Assembly (NCBI GenBank): GCA_963758525.1
Contig: CAVWVQ010000003.1
Span: forward strand, 4,608,001 to 4,672,000
Length of the DNA stretch: 64,000 nt
DNA from: an uncultured Phycisphaerales bacterium
GTDB taxonomy: Bacteria > Planctomycetota > Phycisphaerae > Tepidisphaerales > Tepidisphaeraceae
Reading direction: 5' to 3'
Shown here: in pieces, positions 8,014 through 20,172 of the stretch
Layout of the letters: every line of letters starts with the position of its first letter
How positions within the stretch are numbered: position 1 is the stretch's first letter
Made by a program: the position numbers and the translations under genes
The notes under the pieces: generated by a model
Seen by the model: only the letters and a program-made list of their open reading frames with translations
What the model was told of the DNA's origin: nothing
Database searches by the model: none

Positions 8014-11000
8014 CTATTTGTTCTTCAGCACGTCTGTCCAAGTAACGGGCCCGGATATCGGCAGCGGTCCCGCGAGCGCGGGGGGCGGAGGCGTGCCGAC
8101 TGCGACGTACTTACCGCCCACAACCTTCACCGTAATGGCGTAATTCCAAGCATAATATTCGAGGGGAACCATAACGCTGTTCTCGCCAGCAGGGCGGTAC
8201 ATGATAAATGTCTTGAACGCGTCTCGGGCGTCTGCTCCCAAAACTCCTGGATCTACTCCGTCTGTGGAGGGACTATCCCAAAAGAACTGAGGCGATGACC
8301 CATCGGCCGGAAAATCCATTGTGCCTGCAGTCGTCGGAATGAGCTGTGCGGGGAGTAGGTTGTCTAGGTCAAATCGCCCGCGGGTGTCATACACGGTTTT
8401 CGGTACCAAGCCAAATTCACGGCGGACAGAACGAACAAGTTGCACAAAGTTCCATATTCCAGAGTTATACCAGGGCTCGGTCACGTTGGCATTGATGGTG
8501 AGCCCATACGACCCGGCGCCGGTTGAGAACAATCCGAACGAGGAACCACCTGCGGTGACCCGAGCTGTGCCGATAGCTGCGGATGACTCCACGAACGGCG
8601 AATCTAAGTCGAATGCGGACCCCGCTTTGATCACCACGCCATTGGCAAGAGTGACTTGCAGGCCAAGATTCTCCGTCTTGTACCCGGCCGCCGGTCCCGT
8701 CTTTTGTAACCAGTAGAAATAAATGCGCCGCTGGTTGGTGCCGGTATGCTCATCCATCACATCGGCTCCGTCATCGGGCTGCAACGAGGTAGATTGCGCG
8801 GCCTTTACGTATGCACTATAACTGTGATACGCAACGCCCGGGTCGGGTACCGCCCAACTATATCCAGCGCCAACCAAAAGCCCCGCAGGGGCCTCTACGA
8901 CAGCGCTGGCATCAACGATTTGCCCTACCAGCCATCTGTTTTCTTCGTTCGAGATATCTGTGTCCGCAAGATGGTCACCATTCGGATCATCGTTGAGAAT
9001 CATTTTGAGGCGCACTGCCGTTGCCGGCTCTGAAATGGCGCTGGCGATGGGTGGAAGCACGCCGGCGGTTGCCGGCTGCTGATCGAAGAGCGTAAATTGG
9101 ACGTCGCCAAGTCTTGTACTCCCACCAGTGACGCCGACGTAGAGCGTGTCTGGAATTGCATCAGTTCCGACGGTCCAGATCTTTACACCCCCGGTGCCCC
9201 ATGGAACCTGGTGGTAAACGCCGTCCGGGGATTTGCTCCATAGATCAACGATGGCAGAATTTGTTGCGCTCAGTACTACGGTGGTTCCGGCGGGCTGATT
9301 CTGCGGAAGCGTGAATGTTAGCGGCACCAAGTTCGATTTCCCGTCACCGCTGCCCTGCAGAATGATGCCATCGGAGCCGTCACCGAGCTTGACGCTCAAT
9401 CCATGGGAAGCATCGACTACCGGCGCTTCCACAGCGCTAAACAGGTAGCCGGCTCCGGCCAAAATACTCGCTTTTAATATTGAGCCGATATCTGGCGTTG
9501 TATTGACGGGCGTGACGGGTATCACCACGTCCTGCTCGCCGGCACCGAAATTCACCTGCGTCGGCAAAGCGCTGTAATCCGTGCCCGCAACTGCGGTGCC
9601 GGCGTAGTTGGCAGTCACTGTCAGCGGGGAACTCGGATCGCCGGTGCGGTGGAAGTCGAGGTAGCCGTTCTGCGGGTTGCCGCCGGGGCCGGCGAAGGTG
9701 GCGGTGATCGGGAGGGCCGTGACGCTGACAGTTGGAAGAGTTACCAGGGCGCTCGCGGTGTTCGAGAAAGCGGACGAGCCGCTGCTGTTGGTCGCTTCAA
9801 CTTGGTAGTAGTACGTGACGTCCGGCTGCACGGAAGTGCCGGAGGTTCCAGTCGCATCGAGATAGCTCGTCACGTCAGCAGCGACGGTGAAGGTCTGCAG
9901 ATCGGTTGAAAAGTCGGCGCTGGTGCTGCGCTGGATGGTAAACCCGGTTTCATTAGCCGAAGTGTTGTCCCAGAGCAGCCGGATGCCGCCGGAAGTCGGG
10001 GCGGCCGAGAGGCCGTTCGGCGTGACCGTGCGCCGCCCGAGAGCGTGGCGGCCGCGGAGAATTTCGATTCCTCCAAATATCCTCCGTCCTCGTCTGGCGC
10101 TGTGGTCATCGCGGTGACCACATAGGTCGCACCGGCCTGGCCGTAGAGTTCGGCGCTGGTCGTGGAAGAATCGACAAACGTCTCCGCGCTGCGGGTTCCG
10201 TCGGCGTCCGCCTCATAGACCATGAAGCCGACCATGTTCGGCGTGTCCAGATCATAGGACCAGCTGACGTCTGCCGTATCGGTCCCGGAGCCTGGAACGA
10301 CGGTGATGCCGGTCGGCGCGGAGGGAAGCGTGCCGGGCGTTGTGACGGTGACCAGCGAGGGCGCGGACAGGGCCAATGTAGACGGATCCATCGCCTGTGC
10401 CCAGATCGTGTACGTTGTGTTCGGGTTTACCGAGAGCACATCATTGCCGTAGCCCCACCACCAGTTGCTGTCCAGCCCAGGATATTCAGGACTGCTGAGG
10501 GTGAGAATAAGCAGGTCACCGTTGGAGTCCGAGACGGAAAATGAACTGGGCTGCAGGTCGCTGATCGTCAGCCCGGTGGGCGCGGCCGGCCCACCGGGGT
10601 CGCCGGTGAGGAACTGCCCCGAAGAAGTGCTGGCCGATTTGACGGCGGAGTAAATCATTTCCCCTCCCTTGTCGGCCCGGAGGCGGAAGGAATAATTCAT
10701 GTCGCTGGCCAGTCCGCTCACCACGTAACTCTGAGCGCTGGATGCCGTGGAGCTTCCCAAGTCGGCTATTTTATGAAAGTTCGGATCGCCAGGCCCCGTC
10801 TGCTCGAGCTCCAGATGGGACCCGTCGGAAGCCGAATACGAAATCTGGATGGACGATGTTGAGGCGGCCGCGGCGCTGATGAGAATCGGCATGACGGGAG
10901 CCGAGGTCGCGGGGGCCGACGGCGTCGTGACCTCCGACGCCCCGGTCGCCGCAGAATCTCCGGTGGAGTTCGACGCAGATACCTCATAGGTGTAGGTCGT

Positions 11001-14000
11001 GCTCGGCTGGGCGTTGGAATCCACATAATCCGTGGTCCCGGAATCGACCGGGATCGACTCGCCATCGGGGGCTCCATCCAAAAGCCGTTGCACGTTGAAT
11101 GTCGTTTCGCTGGAAGATTCGTTCTGCCAGACCACTTCCACGCTGCCGGAAGACAACGCGACTGCGGCGACGTTGCTTGGAGCAATCAATGGCGTCGCCG
11201 CCGAAGCAGAGGGATTGGTTCCATCCGCCTCGCCGGAATCGTTGTAGGGGATGACTTGGTAGGTGTAAGCGGTGCCGTCGCTCAAGCCGGTATCGGAATA
11301 GCTTGCGCTCGCGCCAGAGGGCTGATCGACTGAATCGATCGCTTCAAACGTGGTGTTGACGGGGTCCTTGCGGTCGATCTCGTAGCCGGTTGCGCCGGTG
11401 ACGGGCGTCCAGGTCAGCGTGATTTGCGATGCGGAATCGGCTGACGCGGCGAGGCCCGCGAGGGACGCGGGAGTCGTGGTTGCGCTCGTCGAACTTGAGG
11501 CGGCGGAGGTTGCCGACGAAGTGGTCGCCACGACCTGATAAGTATACCCGGTGCCGGGGGAAAGGCCCTCGTCATCGTAAGTGGTTGTGTCGGAATCCGT
11601 GGTTCCGATCGTCGTGAAGTGAACGCCGTCGGTGGAGCGCTGAACGGTAAAGCCGGTCGCGCCCGACGAGTTGTTCTCCCAAGTCAAGTCGATCTCCGTG
11701 CTGGAGATCGTGTCGGCGGTGAGCTGATCGGGAGCAGCGATCGGCGTAGTGACGGCGCTGGACATGGCAGCCGCGGAATCGCCGACGGCGTTGCTGGCCA
11801 GAACCTCATACGTGTAGGCAGTGCCATCCGCCGCGCCGGTGTCGGCATACGTTGTCGTCGAGCCGTCCACCTGGTCGTAGGGAGAGAAGGTCGTGCCGTC
11901 GGTGGACATCTCGATGATGTATTGATCGGCTCCGCTGGCGGCCGTCCAACTCAAATCGACCTCGTTGCTGCCGTTGACGGCGGCGACGAGGTTCGACGGA
12001 TTGGACGGAACGGCAAGCTCGGCCGCCGCGCTGCTCTCGGCGGACGCGACGCCTTCGCCGGAGGGATAGGTGGCAGTCACGGTGTAGTAGTACGGCGTGG
12101 ATGTAGTCTGCGCATCCGTGTAGCCGGCCTCGGTGAGGCCGGTCTGGTATGGGGTTGTCCCTTCACCGCCGGTCGTGGTTGAGCGGTAGAGATTGTAGCT
12201 GGACGCGCCCAGCGCCGAATCCCAACTGATATCGATGGCGTGATCGCCCGGCGTTGCCCACACTTCGCCTGGCCCGACCCGGCCGGGAGCCGCGTTTGCT
12301 TCGGCGCTGGCCGAGCTCATTCCCAGCGGATTGATCGCCTGAAGCGTGTAGTAATACGTCGCGCCATCCGTGAGGCCCGTGTCGGTGAAGGTCGGATCGC
12401 TCAACCCCGAAGCGACAGGCGTCGCGCTCTCGCCGCCGGCGGTTGTCCCGCGATAGACATCGTAGCTGCCGGCGTCCACGCCGCTGTCCCAAGTGAGAAC
12501 GACGCCTTGCTCCGCGGGCGTCGCAGTGACCCCGGTCGGAGCGTCAGGCGCGGTGGTCACATCCGAGGCATAAGCCTGACCCGTCAGCGAATCCGCCGAG
12601 TCGGCGACGTCGATCATATCCAAGCCGCCGGCCCCGCCGGCGGTATAATCCCCCGTCGCGGTGATCGTTCCCCCTTCGCCATCGCTTTCGACCGACCACG
12701 TGAACGTCGTCGGCTGGGTCGTCATCGCGTTGCCGAACTGATCGGCTTCCACTGCGACAAACGGCTCGGACATTCCCGCCACCAGCACCGGCCCCGCTGG
12801 CGTGACATCGATGCTGGTTGCGATCTGCGTCACCGTCAGTGACACGCTGCTGGTCACGGCCAGTCCCGCCACGTTGGTGATCGTCGCCTGGAACGTGTAA
12901 TTGCCCGCGACCTGGAAGAACGCGAGCGCGTCTTTGGCCGTGTTCGTCCCGGCGTCGGTGAACGTCGGAGCCGGCGCACCCGACGGAGCGGAGGTGGTGG
13001 TCCACGCGTAGGTCAAACCGCTCTCGCCGTTCGCATCCGCGCCGAGCACATTGAGAGTTGCGTAGGTGCCATCAGTCGAGAGCATCGCTGTCGAAGCGGT
13101 GGCAACCGTCGGAGGGCCTTCGGCAACGGTCGCCGATGCCGAGCCCGTCACGGACCCCGACGTTGCGGTGATGGTCGTGGAACCGACCGACGTCGGCGCG
13201 GTGTAAAGGCCGGTCGAGTTGATCGAGCCGGCTCCGGTCGCGGACCAGGTAAACGTCGGCTGCGTCGTCAGCGCCGTGCCGAACTGATCGAGACCGCTGG
13301 CGGAGAACTGCGTTGCCTGGTTCTCGTTGATTGTCGGAGTCGCTGGCGTCACCGCGATGCTTGTGAGCGTCAGGCTGACCGTTACGTTGACGGCACTGGA
13401 CGTGCTCGTATTGTAGTTCGCGTCGCCAGCATAGACGGCGGTAATCGAATCGGTGCCAACGGGGAGGGCCGTCGTCGAGAAACTGGCGACTCCGGCGGCG
13501 AGCGTGGCGGTGCCGATGGTGGTGCTGCCGTTCTTGAACGTCACCGAGCCGGCGGGTGTGCCGGCGCCGGGAGCGACGGGGCTCAGCGTTGCGGTGAAGG
13601 TGATGTTCGCGCCCGCGGCGCTGCTGGAGAGCGCGGTGGTGGTCGAGGAGTGGTTGACGGTCTGAGTCAGCGTGTTGGAGGTTTTGGAGTTGAAGTTGCC
13701 GTCGCCGGCGTAGACGGCGGTGAGAGCGGTATGGCTGCCCGCCGGGAGCGTCGTGGTGGTGAACGTGGCGACGCCGCCGGAGAGCGTGGCGGTTGCGAGC
13801 GCAGTCGATCCGTCCATAAAGGTGACGGTTCCGGTGGGCGTGCCGACGCCGGGGCTGACGGCTGAGAGCGTGGCGGTGAATGTCACGCTTTGGCCGTAGC
13901 TGATGACGCCGGTCGTGCTCTTGGCAAGCGATTCGGCCGTCGATGACGGGTTGACGGTCTGGGTGACGGCGCTGGAAGTGCTGGTGCTGAAGTTGGTGTC

Positions 14001-15436
14001 GCCACTGTAGACGGCGGTGACCGGGTGCGACGCGGCTGCCAGCGAGCTGCTCGTGAAGGTGGCAGCGCCGCTCGAAAGCGTAGCGGTGGCCAGCGTCGTC
14101 GATCCGTCCATGAAGGTGATCGTCCCCGTCGGCGTTCCCGCGCCGGGGCTGACGGCGGCCATCGTCGCGGTGAAGGTCACGCTCTGGCCGTAGATGATCG
14201 GCGCGGTGGTGCTCTTGGTGAGAGTCGTGGTGGTCGAAGACTGGTTGACGGTCTGGGTAGCGGCGCTGGAGGTGCTGGTGTTGAAGTTGGAATCGCCGCC
14301 GTAGACGGCGGTGATTGATGGATGGCTGCCGGTGGCAAGGGAGGTTGTGGTGAAGGTTGCGACGCCGCCGCCAAGCGTGGCGGTTCCGATGGCTGTGGAC
14401 CCGTCCTTGAACGTGACGGATCCCCAGGGCGTTCCGATTCCCGGGGAGACTGCCGCCATCGTGGCGGTGAACGAGACGCTCTGGCCGAACCTGATGGCGC
14501 CGGTGGCGTTTTTGGTCAGCGCGGTGGTGGTCGATGACTTGTTGATCGTCTGGGTGAGGGCGTTGGAGGTGGCGGCGGCGAGGTCGGGACTTCCGCCGTA
14601 GATGGCGCTGAGCGAATGCACGGCCGCTCCCAGCGACGCGGTGGCGAGCGTCGCGACGCCGCCGCTGAGCGCAGCGGTTCCCAGGACGGTGCTGCCGTCC
14701 ATGAACAGGACGCTGCCGGCGGGCGTCTCCACGCTGCTGGAAAGCGTGGCGGTGAAAGTGACGCTCTGCCCGAAGGTGATGGCGGTGCTGGTGCTCTTCG
14801 AGAGCGTCGCGGTCACCGCGCCGGATGCGGCGCTGTTGCTGACGGCTCCGCTGATGATCACCTTGCCGGTTCCCGCGACCGTCAGCGAGTGCCCTTTGGT
14901 GTCGATGTTCCCGCTCAGCGTCAGCGGGTTGGCAATATCATCATTGTCGGTAACGACCAGATTGCTATCGAGGCTGATCGGCGCGGCGATCGTCGCGCCC
15001 GCGACCGTGCCGCTGGCGAGGGTGAGCGAGGCGGACGAGCTTCCGTTGTCGAACGTGAGTATATTCCCAGCCGATATCGTCTGTGTCTGCCCGACGCCGC
15101 CGGTGAGCGCGGTATCCCCAAAAAGGGCCGATTGCACCGTGATATTCTGGGCGAGTGCGATGCTCTGAGTCGTTGTTAGATCAGCACTTAAGTTCGCCGA
15201 GTCGGCCGACGAATTGGGGAACGCGCTGCTGGGACTCCAACTGGCTGCCGCCGCCCATGTTGGGTTGGCGCTCGCAAGATTTTGCCACGCGTAGGCGGTG
15301 AGCATCTGGCGCGATTCGAGGGATTCCACGACCGCATTGACGGCCGGCCGTAACGCGGCGGCGCGAGGAGGGGATGGCTTGCTCTTTTTGCCCGATCGCT
15401 GCGCGCGGATCTTCCCGCTGAATTGTTGGATTGCAT
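8014..15436 (-). CDS. Giant secreted/surface protein (~2,470 aa): LEPR-XLL motif, ~5 Ig-like (Big_3) repeats, Big_2/PKD-like modules, multiple FN3 repeats, Calx-beta, divergent C-terminal domain; two apparent frameshifts (~15365, ~10035)
   Basis: ORFs 15188-15436, 9870-15329 and 8014-9873 join by frame changes (…VESLESRQML; …TVTPNGLSAAPTSGGIRLLWDNTSANETGFTIQRS…VTSYLD); repeats 'GQSVTFTATL..GTPTGTVTFMDGST.L.TATLSGG.ATFTT..L..GSH..TAVY.GD.NF'; FN3 'LTW..NS...TGFTVQRS...Y.D.GL..GT.Y.YQV.A'. Confidence 0.85.
13380..14820 (-). repeat. About five ~300-bp intragenic Ig-like domain repeats
   Basis: Repeated ~98-aa units in the translated protein. Confidence 0.8.
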
Positions 15437-15860
15437 AAAGGGCCCGGTTTTGCTGACTATCCGCCCAAAGAAGCGACTCGCGGCGAGTGCACGTGAGGCA
15501 CCCGTCGCAATGAAAACAACGCGGCAGTGAGGCTCACCTCACGGGCCACAACAAAACTAATCAAAACGGAGGAGGAGAAAGGACTTCGTTCAGCCCCCGA
15601 GCCTTCCCATTCGTTACGGGCGATAAATTAAACTTCGATCTCAAAGGTGTCAACAATAATCTTTTTTGGTTTTTCGGTTTGCAGATTATTGCTGTATCAG
15701 GCCGCTGGATGTGCAAAGCGAACCGGATGATGTGTCCGCCGGCGGCAGCCGGTTGCTGCATCCGCCGGCGATCCGCCATCGTCGGTTAGAATCACATACG
15801 CCGCGAAACGGGGCGGCGCGGTTTGGAGCGTTGGCTCTTGTCGAACTGGAAAAAATAATG

Positions 15861-15898
15861 TGCCAATTCGTGCCATTTCGTGCCATTTCGTGCCACTT
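15861..15898. repeat. 10-bp tandem repeat (tgccatttcg) about x4
   Basis: tgccaattcg tgccatttcg tgccatttcg tgccactt. Confidence 0.8.
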
Positions 15899-16438
15899 TA
15901 CGGGTGAAGCTGAGGTCGGGGCTTTCTTGTTCAAATTCGGGCGGCAGTAAAGGTCGCACCGCAGACGGGGGATTTCAGCCACGAGTCAGGAGTTCGGAGA
16001 CAATCAGGCTGCGCCGCAGCCGCAGAGCGCTTCCGACGGACGGTCCGTTGGCTTTGGGAGAATCACAATCAAGGTGGATTGCCGTCTGCGAAATCTGTTA
16101 GAGACGGTTTGGATGGATAGCTCATCATGGAAAGCGGAGAGCGCCGTCGAGGATTCTCGCGGAAGTCGAGGAATGGTCCGCACGGCGGCTCGACGCTTTC
16201 GGCCATTCGAGGCGTACCTTAGGAGCCGCCGAGCGGACCCTACGTTTCTGGAACAGAGGGAATCGTCGGCACAGGAGAAACCGGAGCCAATCAATGTCGC
16301 ACGGGGGCGAGCGAAAAGGATACCGTGATGCAATCACAACAGATCGGCGTGGACAGCCGCAGGCTCAGCACCAAGGCGCACACCGATTGGCAATGCGCGG
16401 AGGCTATGGCCGAGCGCATTGAAATCAATGAGCGAATG

Positions 16439-16562
16439 GCCACAAAAAACACAAAAACACAAAAAGGAAATAGAGCGGCGACACGCAATAGCAGAAAGTG
16501 AGCCGGAAGCTGCTCTCGTCCCCAGGCTCTCTTTTTTTGTGTCGTTTGTGTTGTTTCGTGGC
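16439..16562. repeat. A-rich/T-rich imperfect palindromic intergenic element
   Basis: gccacaaaaaacacaaaaacacaaaaag ... ctttttttgtgtcgtttgtgttgtttcgtggc. Confidence 0.7.
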
Positions 16563-16962
16563 AATCACTCTTTTGGGCTGGCGCGGCTGGAGGGCGGCGA
16601 AGGAGGCGCGTCGTACGCGGCGAGCGTGCGGGGATACCCCGTTTTCAGCAAAGGCGCGCAACTGTTGCGCGCGGTGTCGCGCCAGGCTGGAGAGCATCCC
16701 GCGGAAGGAAAAGGAGTTGCGCGGCGGATGCGACATGCGGCGCTGCAAAATCTGTCGCGCGATGTCGCATGAGCGGTAAAGGAGAGCGACGGAAGCAAGG
16801 AAGACAGTTGGGGGCTGTCATGCTCGCTTCACGAAGCACGCCGGGGTGGGAAGGACAGGATACGCGCGGATCGGCATTTGTTCCGCGGGGAAAATGAGAA
16901 GTCCGGCCGATGTAGACCTCCCGCGGGTGGCATCGTGGTAAGCTCATGGCACCGGGAAGCGC

Positions 16963-17100
16963 ATGGACGACACGACTATTCATCAGGCACTGGAGACAGC
17001 GGAGGCGCATCATCGGGCGGGGGAACTGCCGCAGGCGGAGGCCATTTATCGGCAGGTGCTCTCGCTGCATCCCAACGATGCGGACGCGCTGCAGAAGACT
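16963..17100 (+). pseudogene. N-terminal fragment of a TPR-repeat protein, truncated at the direct repeat
   Basis: MDDTTIHQALETAEAHHRAGELPQAEAIYRQVLSLHPNDADAL is a typical first TPR; the frame then runs antisense into the GH2 3' end. Confidence 0.7.
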
Positions 17101-17102
17101 GG

Positions 17103-17418
17103 CTACTCCCGCTCCGCGGCCGCGAAGCGCAGAAGATTCAGCAGGAGTCGATCGGCGGCGGGATCGACGCCGAGGTTTTCAAGGATTTGCAATGCATTGA
17201 GCACGATGCTGCCGGCTCCGTGGTCGTGGACGGACAGCAGCACGCCGGAGCGGTATTCATCGGGATGAATCCGGCAGAGGTGGGCCGCGCAGATGATCTG
17301 TCCGCCGGCGTCGACGTCGACAAAACCGGTGAGCGGAAGCAACCGGGCGAAGATGCGGTCGTCGAGGAGGCCTTGTGTGCCCAGGCCGTCGAGAATCGGG
17401 TGGTTGATTCCCCATGCG
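17103..17418. repeat. Direct repeat copy B (3' end of the GH2-like gene)
   Basis: Matches 3544-3859. Confidence 0.95.
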
Positions 17419-19914
17419 TCAATCGGCTGCCCGGCGGCGCGCAGGGCGGAAATGGTCGCAAGCTCGCCGGCAGTCAGCCAGCCGTCGGTCTCGGAAGAGC
17501 GGAAGAAGTCAGGCGTGAGAACGAGAATGACCGACCCTTCGTCGGCTCGCTCGCTGAGCGAGCCGAAGGCGGTTGCGGGGTCGATTCCCTCGGGGGTGCT
17601 GGTGACCAGAACCACTTCTCCGCGCTTCCCGCCTGGGTCCTGCGCCGTCGTATGGGAGAATGGAATCCCGCGTTCGTTGAGCCAGCGGGCGAGAATGGCG
17701 TTCTCGCCCACGAGTTTGAGGTGGGATGGAACGTACGAAGCGAGCGGCGGGGCGACGAGAAATTCGAGTTCGTCCGCCGCGGCGGAAGCGCCTTGCTCGA
17801 ACGTCGCGGTCAGCCGGTATCGGCCGGGCGTCGTCTCGATCGTCAGGTCTTCGGCCAGGACAGCGTGCGCACGCGGCGAGCGGCCGGCTGGAACATCGAG
17901 GAGCGTTCGCCGTTCGAACACGATCGCGTTGGTCGGATCAAACACCTGAATCAGGAGCGGATAAGCCGCCGGCGGGAGTGAATGTTCGGTTGCCAGCAGC
18001 GCCTCGATGCGGACGCTTCCCCCCTGCGCCACGAAGCGCGGCTGGGCAAAGAGACACCATCGAACGGGCGAAAGACCTTCGGCGACGCCCGCCATGGTGG
18101 TTTGGCGGGGATCGCGGAACGCAGTGAGGACTCCCGAGCCGCTGCCGATGTCGTCTGTCATCCCGAGCGTGAGGCCCACGATCCGCGGATTGGCGCAGGG
18201 CGGTCAGCACCTCGAGCATTCGTTGCTCGGTTCGGGCCGCAGCCCGCGAGAAAAAGTCCTCGGCCCTGCCGAAAACATGCTGCATGCCCCATGCGTCCCA
18301 ATCGCGGAGGAATTGTTCCAGCCCCGCCGCCCACAGGCGCGCATCCTCTGAGTCGCCTCTTCCGGTCTGCTCGAATCGGCGATGCGCTTTGAGAAGATTC
18401 ACGGTCCCGGGCGTCCGCCAATCGGAAACGAAGACCGGGGTCTGGTCGGCCTCTCCGAGCGAACGGATGGTGTCGGCGTCGGTATCGCTCAGCGGCAACG
18501 GCACGGAAAGATGGAAGTCGCCGCCGAGCGGCAGCACGTTCCACTCAGCCGAGCCGGGATTGCTCATAGACGCGAAGTCCGGGTTGTCGTCGTCTCGGCC
18601 GCTGTTGAGCGCGATCATCCGCGAATCGTCCAGAAATGCAGCCTGCGGGAGCGCTTCGGTTGCGTGCTTGAATACCAGCCGATCGCTGGTGTCGGTGAGC
18701 AGGCCCCACATAACGACAGACGGATGATTGCGATCGCGAAGGATCATCTGCCGGAGGGAACGATCGAAGTGTTCTTCCAGCGCATCGGACGGCTGCATGT
18801 TCCACGCCGCGTAGTTCTCCTCATAGACCAGCAGTCCCAGCTCATCGCAGAGATCGAGTTGCGCGGGAAGCGCCAACCCCGCCATGAAGCGAACGGCATT
18901 AAATCCCATGGCTTTGAGGCAGAGCAATTCGTGGCGAAGCACGTTGGCATCAAGCGGAACGGCTTGCCCGACTGGAAAATGGTTGAGCGTCCGCGCGCAT
19001 TTCCAGTACAGCCGGCGGCCATTCAACCGAAACTCGTTTTCCGCAAATCGGAAATCACGGAATGCGAACCGGGCGGAAACCTCGTCGCCGCGTCCTCCTG
19101 ACTCTGGAAGGACTCGCGCGGTGAGCCGGTAGAGATATGGATCGTCCGGCTCCCACAGCCGCGCGGCCGAGATTGGCACCTGCGTTTCAAACAGCGTCTG
19201 CCCCGGTTGAAGCGTGCGGCTGGTGTTCCCCGCCTGTAATGTTTCTCCTCCGGTCGAGGCGGCGACGCTGAACTTCAAATTGGCGGGGACCGCCGCCTCG
19301 GTTGTATTCAGCACCAACGTCAGCACGTTCAGTATCCCGTTTTGCGGGTTCGGCTTGGCAATCAGTTCGGAGATATAAAGAGCAGGCCGGCAGAGAATCT
19401 CGACCGAGCCGACGATACCGCCAAAGTTGAAGGACGACCCGACGGCTGGCACGTCTGACTTGTTGCGGTGGGGAATCTGATGGAGCGACAGGCCGTCGAC
19501 CGCCTGATTCGAGGGGTTCAGGACGCGAACGCACAGGAGATTGCGTTCGCCGGGCCGGATCGAGTCGGAAATATCGAGGACGAACGGGCTCTGCGCGCCG
19601 TCGTGAGTGCTGATGCGCTCGGCATTGACCCAGACGTCCGCGCGATAATCAACCGCGCCAAAACGGGCGAGATAGCGGCCCTGCGGATGCGGATTGCGGG
19701 CGGGAATAAATTCGCACCAGTACCAGGCGATGCCGTGGTAGTCGGGATAAACCTGCTGGATCGTGCCGGGGACTGGCGCCGGGTGCGCGTCGTCGCGGGC
19801 GGTGGTGTACCAGCGCTCGGCTATGCCCAGGTTGTTCGGATCGACGGCGCAGGACCAGGTTCCGTCAAGCGATTCGACGCCGCGGTAGGTGCCGCTACGG
19901 TGCGGAAGGTTCAT
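17103..19914 (-). CDS. Glycoside hydrolase family 2-like protein (frameshift near 18190)
   Basis: SLDGTW, YHGIAWY, FGAVDYRADVWVN, LWEPDDPYLY, FRLNGR, LDLCDELGLLVYEE, RDRNHPSVVMWG; continues in ORF 17103-18179. Confidence 0.85.
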
Positions 19915-20172
19915 GCACGCGGTTTCCCTGGAAAAACGTCAGGCAGGCGCGGCGAACAACACCACAACCCACTTTGCCGCCGGATTATAGTCGATGGGAA
20001 ATGAGCCTGCGAGGATGACGCCCTCTTATCGGACGAGCCGTCGCGATCTCTCCAACATACCGCACGTCATGCTAATATTTCAGCGGGCGACCTCCGCTTC
20101 CGCGGCCTAACCTGCGAAGCGGCCGACTGTCAGATATTGTGGCGAACGGGTCGATTGGAGAGCATTTCGGCG

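Noticed and set aside
15437..15660. c-di-GMP or other riboswitch in the leader of the giant surface protein
   Set aside because: Small hairpins exist but I could not match a known consensus by eye; an Infernal/Rfam scan would settle it.
15561..16900. Short ORFs between the giant gene and the TPR fragment
   Set aside because: Overlapping short frames on both strands with no motifs, interleaved with repeats; no coding call can be supported.
3544..17418. Diversity-generating retroelement TR/VR pair (near-identical repeat at a gene 3' end)
   Set aside because: The mismatches are not confined to adenines of one copy (C/T and C/G changes also occur on the coding strand) and no reverse transcriptase is present in the window.
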